This document shows, in pieces, positions 25,661 through 33,984 of a stretch of DNA of 39,329 bases. Within the stretch, counting starts at the first letter, position 1. The number at the start of each line of letters is the position of its first letter. A program made the translations under genes and the position numbers. The notes beneath the pieces were generated by a model. The model saw nothing but the letters and a program-made list of their open reading frames with translations, did not search any database and was not told the DNA's origin. The stretch lies in contig JANOZI010001083.1 of assembly GCA_031429375.1 (NCBI GenBank), forward strand, positions 1 through 39,329, given 5' to 3'. Origin of the DNA: Acidobacteriota bacterium (GTDB lineage Bacteria; Acidobacteriota; Vicinamibacteria; Vicinamibacterales; UBA2999).

Positions 25661-27022
25661 TTAACGTGGATCCCCTACTGCCTGACCCCAGACCGAGTTC
25701 GGTCCGGTTCGCTCAATCCGCACATCCACCAGGCGCCCCAGCCAGTCGGGTGGTCCTGGAAAGTTGACCACCGTGTTGCCGCTGGTGCGGCCCGTCAGTT
25801 CCCACTCGCGGCGCCGGCTGGTCGCATCGACCAGCACCTGGGCTGTCTGTCCAATCGACCGCTGGAAGAGGTCCGACTGCACCGACCGTTGCAGCGCCTG
25901 CAACGCCACGATCCGCCGTGTCTTCACGTCCTCAGGCACATCATCCGGCATCCGCTTGGATGCCAGCGTGTTGGGCCGCTCCGAGTACTTGAACGAGAAC
26001 ATGCTGTGATACCCCACCGCGGCGGTGAGCGAAAGCGTGTCCTCGAAATCGGCCTCGGACTCCCCTGGGAAGCCAACGATCATATCGGTCGATAGCTGCA
26101 CGTTCGGGATAGCCGCGCGAATGCGTGCAACGAGCTCGAGGTAGTCCTCGCGCGTGTGCCGCCGGCGCATCTGCGCCAGCACGCGCGACGAGCCGGATTG
26201 CACGGGAAGATGCAGATGTTTACAGACCTTCGGCAGGTCGCGGATCGCGGCGATCACCCGGTCGCTGGTGTGGCGCGGATGCGGGCTCGCGAAGCGGATG
26301 CGATCGAGTCCCGGAATTTCGTGGACCGCTTCGAGCAATGCCGGGAAATCGCATGAGGCATCGTCAGGCGCCTGGTAGTGATTCACGATTTGGCCGAGCA
26401 GCTGCACTTCGCGGCGGCCGCTGGCGACCGCGTCGCGGACGTCGGCGAGGATCTCAGCCACGGCGCGCATCCGTTCGTGGCCGCGCGTATACGGCACGAC
26501 ACAGAACGCGCAGAAATCGTTGCAGCCTTCGATGATCGTCACGTAGGCGCGGACCGGATCGCCGCGGCGCACGATGCCGAGCGCGAACGACGGCTCCTCG
26601 TACGGATTCTCGATCGCGATCAACCCTTCGACTCGCCGCCCTCGGCCTGTGGCCGAGCGCGGCTCGCTCAGGGCCCGCTCCGCCAGCATCGGCAGCATCT
26701 TGATCTGCTGCGTGCCGACCACCAGGTCGACGACACCGGCGGATCGCTTGATCAGCTTCTGGCCTTCTTGCTGAGCCACGCACCCGGTGACGGCGACGAT
26801 GGGATCGCGGCCGAACTCGCGGCCCATCTCTTTGATCTCACCGAGCCGCGTGTACAGCTTGTCTTCGGCGCGCTCGCGCACGCTGCAGGTGTTGATCACG
26901 ACCAGGTCGGCGTCGAGCTCCGAGTCCGCCAGGTCGTAGCCGGACTGCTCCAGCAGCCCCGCCATCCGCTCGGAGTCGTGGACGTTCATCTGGCAGCCGT
27001 AGGTCTCGATGAAATACTTCAC
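25661..27022 (-). CDS. miaB: tRNA-2-methylthio-N6-dimethylallyladenosine synthase
   Basis: KYFIETYGCQMNVHDSE (N-terminal cluster), radical-SAM CNDFCAFC, and a TRAM C-terminus. The GTG start overlaps the recN stop (GTGA). Confidence 0.92.
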   Translation of the reverse strand: MKYFIETYGCQMNVHDSERMAGLLEQSGYDLADSELDADLVVINTCSVRERAEDKLYTRLGEIKEMGREFGRDPIVAVTGCVAQQEGQKLIKRSAGVVDLVVGTQQIKMLPMLAERALSEPRSATGRGRRVEGLIAIENPYEEPSFALGIVRRGDPVRAYVTIIEGCNDFCAFCVVPYTRGHERMRAVAEILADVRDAVASGRREVQLLGQIVNHYQAPDDASCDFPALLEAVHEIPGLDRIRFASPHPRHTSDRVIAAIRDLPKVCKHLHLPVQSGSSRVLAQMRRRHTREDYLELVARIRAAIPNVQLSTDMIVGFPGESEADFEDTLSLTAAVGYHSMFSFKYSERPNTLASKRMPDDVPEDVKTRRIVALQALQRSVQSDLFQRSIGQTAQVLVDATSRRREWELTGRTSGNTVVNFPGPPDWLGRLVDVRIERTGPNSVWGQAVGDPR

Positions 27023-28746
27023 TTTCGCTTTCGCCCTCGCGGACTTTCGCCTTTCGCTTTCGCCCTGGTTTCACCTTTCGCCTCGGCCGAGTCGAGCAGC
27101 TCACGCGCGCTCTCCAGCGCCTTGACGCCCGCTGCGGATCCGCCCATCATGCGCGCGATTTCCGCCGCGCGCGCCTCGCCTTCCAGCCGCGTCACGCCGG
27201 TCACCGTGCGCAGGCCCTGCACCCGCTTCTCGATCAGGAAGTGCGTGCGGCCGCATGCCGCGATCTGGGGCAGGTGCGTGATGCAGAGGACCTGGAACCG
27301 ATCGCCCAGCGCCGCCAGCTTCTCCCCCACCACACTGGCGACCCGTCCGCCGATGCCGGCGTCAACCTCGTCGAAAATGAGGGTCTTCCCTTCGACTCGC
27401 GACGCTCGGGCTTCGCCCGAACGTTGCTCGCTCAGGGCAGGGGACTGGGCGAGGGTTTTCAGCGCCAGCATGACACGCGACAGCTCGCCGCCCGACACGA
27501 TTCGCGCAAGCGGCCTCAGATCCTCGCCGACATTCGGCGACAGGAAGAACTCGCCGGCGTCGATGCCCGCGTCGGACCAGCGATCCTCAGACTCGGACGT
27601 CGACATCCGGACGGCAAATTTGGTCCGCCCCATCGCCAGCTCCGCGAGCTCGGTTTCGATCATCCGCGAAAAGCGCCCCGCGGCCTCTCGTCGTCCGGCC
27701 GAAAGTGTTCGGGCCTCATCGAGGAAACGCGCGCCGGAGCTGCGTAGCTGGTCCTCGATCTCGGCCAGGGTCGACTGCCCTCCCGTCAGCGCCGCATGTT
27801 CGGCCGCGAGCCGATCGCGGCGCGCAATGGCTTCTTCGAGCGTGCCGCCGTGCTTGCGCTTCAGCCGTTCGAGCAGCGCGAGGCGATCTTCGAGCTGCTG
27901 CAACCGCGCCGGCGACGCGTCGATGCCGTCAGCGAAGTCTCGCAGGGTGAAGGCGAGATCTTCCAGCTGCGCCTTGATTCCCTCGCGGGCTTCGAGGTAC
28001 GGCGCAAACCGCGAATCGATCGCGGCCAGCTCCCCCACCTTCTTCCACACCCGGCCAAGTGTGGCGAGGGCCGCCGATTCGGTGTCGTACAACTCCGCAT
28101 AGCTTTCGGCGCAGAGCCGCTGGATGGTATCGGCGCTGCGCAGCAGCTGCCGATCGGCCGACAGCGTATCGTCTTCGCCGGCCTGGAGGTTCGCTTTCTG
28201 CAGCTCACCGAGTTGGAACTCGACGAGGTCGAGCCGCGCCGCGCGCTCGCGATCGTCCATGCGCAGGCGATCGAGCTGCTCGCGCAGCCCCCGGACCACG
28301 GCAAAGGCGGACGAGACGCGGCCGCGCGCCGCTTCGAGACCGGCCCACGTATCAAGGAGAGAGAGATGTTGTGACGGATCGAGCAGCTGCTGGTGCTCGT
28401 GCTGTCCGTGCAGCTCGACGAGCCGGTTGGATAAATCCTTCAAGGCCGCTGCAGTGGCGAGGACGCCGTTGATGAACGCGCGGCTGCGGCCTTGCGACGT
28501 GATTTCGCGCCTGACCAGGAGCTCGTCGCCCTCGGGGGTTTCAAAGATCGCCTCGACGGTGGCGACGTCTTCACCGGTCCGGATCAGATCGCTGGTGGCG
28601 CGACCGCCCAACAAGAGCCCGACGGCTTCGACGAGGATCGATTTGCCCGCACCGGTCTCACCGGTGAGGATGTTGAACGACTGTTCAAAGTCAACAGCCA
28701 CCGACTCGATCACCGCAAGGTTGCGGATGGCCAGGTAGCGAATCAT
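27019..28746 (-). CDS. recN: DNA repair protein RecN
   Basis: MIRYLAIRNLAVIE...GETGAGKS (Walker A), long coiled coils and a C-terminal SGGELSRVMLAL signature. The last roughly 20 codons are encoded by a heptamer repeat array. Confidence 0.9.
   Translation of the reverse strand: MIRYLAIRNLAVIESVAVDFEQSFNILTGETGAGKSILVEAVGLLLGGRATSDLIRTGEDVATVEAIFETPEGDELLVRREITSQGRSRAFINGVLATAAALKDLSNRLVELHGQHEHQQLLDPSQHLSLLDTWAGLEAARGRVSSAFAVVRGLREQLDRLRMDDRERAARLDLVEFQLGELQKANLQAGEDDTLSADRQLLRSADTIQRLCAESYAELYDTESAALATLGRVWKKVGELAAIDSRFAPYLEAREGIKAQLEDLAFTLRDFADGIDASPARLQQLEDRLALLERLKRKHGGTLEEAIARRDRLAAEHAALTGGQSTLAEIEDQLRSSGARFLDEARTLSAGRREAAGRFSRMIETELAELAMGRTKFAVRMSTSESEDRWSDAGIDAGEFFLSPNVGEDLRPLARIVSGGELSRVMLALKTLAQSPALSEQRSGEARASRVEGKTLIFDEVDAGIGGRVASVVGEKLAALGDRFQVLCITHLPQIAACGRTHFLIEKRVQGLRTVTGVTRLEGEARAAEIARMMGGSAAGVKALESARELLDSAEAKGETRAKAKGESPRGRKRK
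27022..27082 (-). repeat. Heptamer array GCGAAAG (read on the minus strand) inside the recN 3' end
   Basis: The plus strand reads ctttcgc tttcgcc ... ctttcgc ctttcgc tttcgcc ... ctttcgcc. It has the same GCGAA core as the array at 6894-6949. Confidence 0.85.
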
Positions 28747-28808
28747 GGGGGCGGCGCCTCGAGTTGCGGGAAACCCTTGGTGAGCGGAACTTCCATCGTA
28801 TCATGGGT

Positions 28809-28837
28809 TTGACAGTGTTTCCGGGGCGTGCTACGGT
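28809..28837 (+). promoter_or_regulatory. Sigma-70-like promoter candidate for tolQ
   Basis: TTGACA (28809-28814), a 17-nt spacer, then TACGGT (28832-28837), about 90 nt upstream of the tolQ ATG in the recN/tolQ divergent spacer. Confidence 0.35.
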
Positions 28838-28926
28838 TGCACAATACTGCGCTCTCCCAGCAGCGCATTTCCCATGGAACGGATTCGGAGGCTTTGTTGC
28901 CGACGCCTGGATCGATTGTCCTGGCC

Positions 28927-29652
28927 ATGCAACTCGAGGGCGGTCTTCCGCCCACTCGAGCGGCTGCCGGGGATTTCGCTGCTCTAGTCTTATCCGCGAG
29001 TCCCATCGTCAAGTTCGTCTTGGCGCTTCTGCTGCTGTTCTCTGTCATTTCCTGGGGCGTCATCGTTTATAAGGCGTTGGCCTTCCGGGGCATCGAAAGA
29101 CAAACCCTGACCTTTCTCGAGGTCTTCCGCAAGAGCACGAAGTTCTCCGAGGTGCAGGCGGTGTGCCCGTCGCTCGGCTCCAGTCCCCTGGTCGGCATGT
29201 TCCAGGCCGGCTACGCCGAGTTGACGGCGCAATTGCGTCAAGCTCAGCCGGCGGCCAGTCCCGGCGTCGCTGCCCCGCGTCCAACCTTAAAGAGCATTAC
29301 CGCGGTGGACCGGGCGCTGCTGCGCGCCTCGTCCATCGAGGTCGGCAAGCTGGAAAAGCGAGTGACGTTCCTGGCTACGACCGCCAGCATCACGCCGTTT
29401 ATCGGATTGTTCGGAACCGTGTGGGGAATCATGACCGCCTTCATGAACATCGGCCTTCAAGGGTCGACCGATCTCGCGGTGGTCAGCGGGCCGATCGCCG
29501 AGGCGCTGATTGCGACCGCCCTCGGTTTGTTTGCGGCGATTCCGGCGCTCTACTTCTATAACCATTTCACCTCGAAGGTGAAGAACTACGCGTCCGAGAT
29601 GGACGACTTCGCCCTCGAGTTCCTGAATATTTCAGAAAGGAACTTCACCTAG
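28927..29652 (+). CDS. tolQ: Tol-Pal system protein TolQ (MotA/TolQ/ExbB proton channel)
   Basis: Three TM segments, ITPFIGLFGTVWGIMTAF and GPIAEALIATALGLFAAIPA. ATG 28927 gives 241 aa; the track start is 28828. Confidence 0.88.
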   Translation: MQLEGGLPPTRAAAGDFAALVLSASPIVKFVLALLLLFSVISWGVIVYKALAFRGIERQTLTFLEVFRKSTKFSEVQAVCPSLGSSPLVGMFQAGYAELTAQLRQAQPAASPGVAAPRPTLKSITAVDRALLRASSIEVGKLEKRVTFLATTASITPFIGLFGTVWGIMTAFMNIGLQGSTDLAVVSGPIAEALIATALGLFAAIPALYFYNHFTSKVKNYASEMDDFALEFLNISERNFT

Positions 29653-30110
29653 TGCCCAAGGTGATGGCGCAGCCCGACGCGAATGTCGGCCGCCGCCGCG
29701 GCCGCCGGGTCTCGACGTCGCTCTCGGAGATCAACGTGGTGCCGCTGGTGGACGTGATGCTGGTGCTGCTCATCATTTTCATGGTGGCGGCGCCGATGAT
29801 GCAAAAGGGCGTCGAGGTGAACCTGCCGACGTCGCGGCGCGCCGACAGCATGACGAAGACGTCGCTGTACGTCACCGTGCCGGCGTCGTATGCCAAGGAT
29901 CACCGCGTCTACATCGACGACGAGTCGGTGCCGGTCGATGTGCTGGCTGAGCGCATGCGGCAGGCGATGAAGAACCAGGAGCAGAAAGACGTGTTCCTGC
30001 GCGGTGACGGCAGCGTGCAGCTGCAGCACCTGATGGATGTCTTCGATCGGCTGAAAGACGGCGGCATCCAGAAGGTCGGCATCGTGGCGCTGGAGCGGGC
30101 CAAACAATAG
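29652..30110 (+). CDS. tolR: Tol-Pal system protein TolR (ExbD/TolR family)
   Basis: SEINVVPLVDVMLVLLIIFMV with the conserved Asp in the TM helix. The start is GTG 29652 (overlapping the tolQ stop) or ATG 29664. Confidence 0.88.
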   Translation: MPKVMAQPDANVGRRRGRRVSTSLSEINVVPLVDVMLVLLIIFMVAAPMMQKGVEVNLPTSRRADSMTKTSLYVTVPASYAKDHRVYIDDESVPVDVLAERMRQAMKNQEQKDVFLRGDGSVQLQHLMDVFDRLKDGGIQKVGIVALERAKQ

Positions 30111-30112
30111 CG

Positions 30113-30877
30113 ATGGATGCCGTCTCTGAAGTGCTCGTGTCGCGGGCGGCCAGGCGGGATGGCCTCACCAACATGGTCGGCGCGTCGGCGCTCGCCCACC
30201 TCGTGCTCGTGGCGGCGGTGGCCTTCGTTCCGTCGGCCTGGTTTGCCGTTCAACGCGAGCCTGAGGTCGTGATGCAAATCAGCCTCGGCGGCCCGGTTGG
30301 TCCGCGCGATGGCGGACTCGCGACGCTCGGCGGGCGGCCGATTCAGCAGGTCACCGAAGCGAAGAAGGCGATCGAACCGGTGCGTCCGCCGGCCGCGAAG
30401 ACGCCGGAGATGATCGAGCCGACGAAGGCGCCCCCGAAGAAGACCCCGGCGAACCCGACGGATGCGAAAGATCCGCGCAGCCGCACGCCGACCAAGGGCG
30501 CGGAAATACAAAAGGGCTCGACCGTCGCAGAGACAGCGGGCAAGGGCATGGGCTTCGGCCTGTCTTCGGGCGGAGGCAGTACCGGCGGCTACCTCGACGT
30601 GGCGAACTTCTGCTGTCCGGCGTACCTCGTCACTATGAAGGACATGATCACGCGCAACTGGGATTCGAAGCAGGGCACTACTGCGATTGCCCAGGTGCGC
30701 TTTGCCATCCAGAAGGATGGCCGCATCGTCGACGTCCTGGTTGAAAAGTCGAGTGGACGGCAGGACCTCGACTACCTCGCGTCACGCGCGCTGCAACTGG
30801 CGCGACTGCCACCGCTGCCGGCGGAGTATCCGGAAGCGGCGCTGACCGTTCACCTGTTTTTTGAATACGTGCGTTAG
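30113..30877 (+). CDS. tolA: TonB C-terminal-domain protein in the TolA position
   Basis: One N-terminal TM helix, a Pro/Lys-rich spacer (PPAAKTPEMIEPTKAPPKKTP) and a C-terminal TonB_C-like fold (AQVRFAIQKDGRIVDVLVEKSSG...LPPLP). It lies between tolR and tolB. Confidence 0.7.
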   Translation: MDAVSEVLVSRAARRDGLTNMVGASALAHLVLVAAVAFVPSAWFAVQREPEVVMQISLGGPVGPRDGGLATLGGRPIQQVTEAKKAIEPVRPPAAKTPEMIEPTKAPPKKTPANPTDAKDPRSRTPTKGAEIQKGSTVAETAGKGMGFGLSSGGGSTGGYLDVANFCCPAYLVTMKDMITRNWDSKQGTTAIAQVRFAIQKDGRIVDVLVEKSSGRQDLDYLASRALQLARLPPLPAEYPEAALTVHLFFEYVR

Positions 30878-30890
30878 TGAGAGCGTGAGC

Positions 30891-32264
30891 ATGACGAACA
30901 TACAGCTCGGAACGAAATTGTCCGGTGCGGTGCTGATCGTGGCGTCGGCCGTGGTGGCGGCGCAGACGCCGGCCCAACCGACGGCCGCGCCGCCGCAGCA
31001 GCCGACGAGCGTCGAGTTGCGCCTCACGGGCGATGCCGGATCGCCGCCGCGGCTGGCAGTGCCGGATCTGCTGGCGCTGTCGAGCGACCGCGAAAGCCTG
31101 GACGCGGCGAAAACCATCGCCCAGGTCCTGTGGGACGATCTCAACTTCGAGCGCGAGTTCGAGATGATCCCGCGCGACACCTATAAGTCGATTCCAGTGG
31201 CGGGCTCGATCGATACGGTGCCCTTCGATCGCTGGCGCGAGCTCGGCGCCGACGGTGTCTTGATCGGCACCGTGCAAAAGACCGCGACCGGCATTCGCGT
31301 GGAAATGCGGATGTACAACGTCCGCGCGCGCGCGTCGGCGTACGGACGCGAATACAGCGGATCGGCTGCCAATCCCCGTGTCTACGCCCACACCATGGCC
31401 GACGAGCTGCACGATTCCCAGCGCCAGCTGCGGGGCGTCGCCCGCACCAAGCTCACCTTTATTTCGGATCGCAATCGCGAAGCGGTCGTCGCTACCGTCG
31501 AAAAGCGCGATGTCAAGGAAGTGTTCGTTGGCGACTACGACGGCGCCAACCAGCGTCGCATCACGATTAACCGGACGATGAACCTGACGCCGAACTGGTC
31601 GCCCGATGGCCGCTCGATCGCCTACACGTCGTATCGCACCGGCGTGCCCGACATCCTGATCTCGAACATCTATGTGGGCACGATGGAATCGCCGACCAAG
31701 GGTGTGGGCCACAACTACCTGCCGGTGTTCTCGCCCGACGGGACTCGCATCGCCTTCATGTCGAACCGCGACGGCAATCCCGAGATCTACGTGATCAACC
31801 GCGACGGCTCGAACCTGATGCGGCTCACCAACAGCCCGGCCATCGACGTGACGCCGACGTGGTCGCCCAACGGCACGCAGCTCGCGTTTACGTCCGAGCG
31901 CACCGGCAGCCCGCAGATCTGGGTGGTCGGGGTTGACGGCACCGGTCTGCGGCGCATCTCGTACGAGTCGTTTGCCGATCGCCCGACCTGGTCGCTGCCG
32001 CCGTACAACGAGATCGCGTTTGCGGCGAGAACGGGGCCCGGCTTCGACATCAAGATCCTGAACATCGGCAGCGGCGAGACGCGCCAGATCACCTTCGGCG
32101 AGGGCAGCAACGAAAGCCCGGCCTGGTCGCCCAATGGGCGCCATCTCGCCTTTATGTCGACGCGGGCCGGGCGCAGCCAGGTCTTCACCACCGATCGAGA
32201 CGGCAAGAACGTCCGTCAACTCACGCGCGATGGCAACAACACGACGCCCAACTGGTCTCAATAA
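30891..32264 (+). CDS. tolB: Tol-Pal system beta-propeller protein TolB
   Basis: Signal peptide and repeated WSPDG/FSPDG/WSPNG blades. ATG 30891 avoids overlap with tolA; the track start is 30861. Confidence 0.9.
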   Translation: MTNIQLGTKLSGAVLIVASAVVAAQTPAQPTAAPPQQPTSVELRLTGDAGSPPRLAVPDLLALSSDRESLDAAKTIAQVLWDDLNFEREFEMIPRDTYKSIPVAGSIDTVPFDRWRELGADGVLIGTVQKTATGIRVEMRMYNVRARASAYGREYSGSAANPRVYAHTMADELHDSQRQLRGVARTKLTFISDRNREAVVATVEKRDVKEVFVGDYDGANQRRITINRTMNLTPNWSPDGRSIAYTSYRTGVPDILISNIYVGTMESPTKGVGHNYLPVFSPDGTRIAFMSNRDGNPEIYVINRDGSNLMRLTNSPAIDVTPTWSPNGTQLAFTSERTGSPQIWVVGVDGTGLRRISYESFADRPTWSLPPYNEIAFAARTGPGFDIKILNIGSGETRQITFGEGSNESPAWSPNGRHLAFMSTRAGRSQVFTTDRDGKNVRQLTRDGNNTTPNWSQ

Positions 32265-32309
32265 CTAAGGTGCCTAAGGTGCCTAAGGTGCCTGAAGTGC
32301 CTAAGGTGC
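32265..32309 (+). repeat. Tandem nonamer array, 5 x CTAAGGTGC (fourth copy CTGAAGTGC)
   Basis: It begins on the base after the tolB stop, is perfectly head-to-tail, and lies in the tolB-pal spacer. Confidence 0.95.
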
Positions 32310-32347
32310 GATGAAATTTTTCGAGAGCTTACTTGAGGGACGAGCCG

Positions 32348-32926
32348 ATGAAACGTAATGCACATTTCCTGATCATCGTGGCGGTCTTGCTGACAGTGTT
32401 CATAGGCGCGTGCAAGAAGAAGACGCCGCCCGTGGTGCGCCCGCAGCCGCCGGCGACCGCCAACACGAATACCGCGCCGATTTCACCACCGCGGCCGCCG
32501 GAGCCGGTGATGGATCCGGTCATCGTTCCACCCGAGCCGCTCAAGGACGACAGCCTGACCTCGAAGTCGCTCGACGATCTGAATCGCGACTCCCCGCTCA
32601 AGCCGCTGTTCTACGAGCTCGACAGCGCCGAGGTCAGCGCCGCAGGCCAGACGGTGCTGCAGGCCAACGCGGCCGTGCTGAAGAAGTATCCGACGTGGCA
32701 GGTCACGATCGAAGGCCACTGCGACGAGCGCGGCACGGCCGAGTACAACCTCGCCCTTGGCGAGCGCCGCGCCCTGGCGGCGAAGACCTACCTGGTCTCG
32801 CTCGGCATTCCCGCCGACAAGGTGCGCACCGTGAGCTACGGCAAGGAGTTCCCGTTCGACGCCGCGCACGAAGATGCCGCGTGGTCCAAGAACCGCCGCG
32901 CGCATTTCGTGATCACGTCAAAGTAA
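32348..32926 (+). CDS. pal: Peptidoglycan-associated lipoprotein Pal (OmpA-like)
   Basis: Lipobox FIGAC, a Pro-rich linker and the OmpA domain TIEGHCDERGTAEYNLALGERRA. ATG 32348 follows GAGGGA. Confidence 0.9.
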   Translation: MKRNAHFLIIVAVLLTVFIGACKKKTPPVVRPQPPATANTNTAPISPPRPPEPVMDPVIVPPEPLKDDSLTSKSLDDLNRDSPLKPLFYELDSAEVSAAGQTVLQANAAVLKKYPTWQVTIEGHCDERGTAEYNLALGERRALAAKTYLVSLGIPADKVRTVSYGKEFPFDAAHEDAAWSKNRRAHFVITSK

Positions 32927-32935
32927 GATGGGCGT

Positions 32936-33817
32936 ATGAGCCGACGACTCCAAGGAGGCATTCTCGCGCTGGCCTGGCTCGTGTCCGCGGCCGCTCCGGC
33001 GGCCGCGCAGTCGCGCCGCGAAATGCAGATGATGGCCGACATCCGCATGCTGCAGGAACAGACCCAGCAGATGCAGCAGCAACTGGCAGCGGCCATCGAG
33101 CAGCTCAGCGCCAACCTCAAGGCGATCGTGACCCGCCAGGACGAGCAGACCGCGCAGACCCGCAAGTCGTTCGCCGATCAGAAGCTGGTGATCGATCAGT
33201 TCGCCACCGATCTGCGCGTCGTGCGCGAGCGGATCGACGAATCGAACGTGCGCATCACCACGCTGTCGCAGGAAGTGGAAGCGCTGCGGCTGGCGATTCC
33301 GACGTTTACGTCGCCGGCGCCGGTCGCGCCCGCCGACCCCGGCGCACCGGCCGCCGCGCCGCCGCCGCCGCTTGACCCCGGCGCGCCCAGTGCGGCGCCG
33401 CCGCAAATGGCGCCCGGTTCACCGCAGCGGATGTTCAACACCGCGCTCGGGGACTTCACCGCCGGCCAGTGGAGCCTCTGCATCCAGGGCTTCGACATGT
33501 ATCTGCGCAGCTTCGCGCGCACCGACGCGGCCGACGACGCGCAGTGGTATATCGGCGAGTGCCATTACAACGACGGCAAGTTTCCGGCGGCGGTGGACGC
33601 CTACAATCGCGTCATCGTCAACTTCCCCAAGGGCGACCGCGTGCCCGACGCCTACTACAAGCGCGGCGTGGCCTTCACCAACATGAAGCAGCCGGACCAG
33701 GCGCGGGAATCGTTCGAGATGTTGATCAAGCTGTTCCCCGATCACGACGCGGCGCGCCTCGCTAAGCAACAGCTGACCCGCCTCACGCAGGGGAAGCCGC
33801 CTGGGAATAAGCAATAA
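32936..33817 (+). CDS. cpoB: Tol-Pal system protein CpoB/YbgF (coiled coil plus TPR)
   Basis: Signal peptide, a Gln-rich coiled coil (MLQEQTQQMQQQLAAAIEQL), a Pro-rich spacer and C-terminal TPRs (AQWYIGECHYNDGKFPAAVDAYNRVI...). It is the last position of the tol-pal cluster. Confidence 0.85.
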   Translation: MSRRLQGGILALAWLVSAAAPAAAQSRREMQMMADIRMLQEQTQQMQQQLAAAIEQLSANLKAIVTRQDEQTAQTRKSFADQKLVIDQFATDLRVVRERIDESNVRITTLSQEVEALRLAIPTFTSPAPVAPADPGAPAAAPPPPLDPGAPSAAPPQMAPGSPQRMFNTALGDFTAGQWSLCIQGFDMYLRSFARTDAADDAQWYIGECHYNDGKFPAAVDAYNRVIVNFPKGDRVPDAYYKRGVAFTNMKQPDQARESFEMLIKLFPDHDAARLAKQQLTRLTQGKPPGNKQ

Positions 33818-33855
33818 GTGCGGCGTGACCTGGTCTGTCACGCGCTCGCGCTATG

Positions 33856-33944
33856 AATTACCAGGTACCAATAACCAATTACGAATAACCAAAAGCTTTA
33901 CGAATAACCAATTACCAATTACCAATAACCAAAATACAATTGCA
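33856..33944 (+). repeat. AT-rich heptamer array AATWACC, 5 + 6 units split by a 12-nt spacer
   Basis: aattacc aggtacc aataacc aattacg aataacc / aaaagctttacg / aataacc aattacc aattacc aataacc aaaatac aattgca. Confidence 0.9.
33912..33940 (+). promoter_or_regulatory. Sigma-70-like promoter candidate for ssb, embedded in the heptamer array
   Basis: TTACCA (33912-33917), a 17-nt spacer, then TACAAT (33935-33940), 45 nt upstream of the ssb ATG. GAGAGAGG lies near the start. Confidence 0.4.
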
Positions 33945-33984
33945 GCGACCGAAAAGCGATCAGTGGTGAGAGAGGCGACGTGAC

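Noticed and set aside
28828-28842. GTGC-N7-GCAC inverted repeat upstream of recN as a LexA/SOS box
   Set aside because: The arms are only 4 bp and match no LexA consensus I can name with confidence. They also overlap the putative tolQ -10 region. This is too weak to call without the lineage's own LexA motif.
30678-32261. 527-aa ORF on the minus strand
   Set aside because: It is antisense to tolB, whose WSPDG beta-propeller repeats are unmistakable. The ORF product is Arg/Gly/Pro/Ala-rich with no motif, which is typical of stop-codon-poor antisense frames in high-GC DNA. The same reasoning applies to 26378-28102 (+, antisense to miaB/recN), 35346-36755 (+, antisense to ptsI), 1042-1755 (-), 14991-15785 (+) and the many shorter shadow ORFs in the track.
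32265-32309. Possible CRISPR array (also considered for the other tandem arrays)
   Set aside because: The units are only 7-9 nt and directly abut each other with no unique spacers. No cas genes or leader are present. They are simple tandem repeats, not CRISPR.
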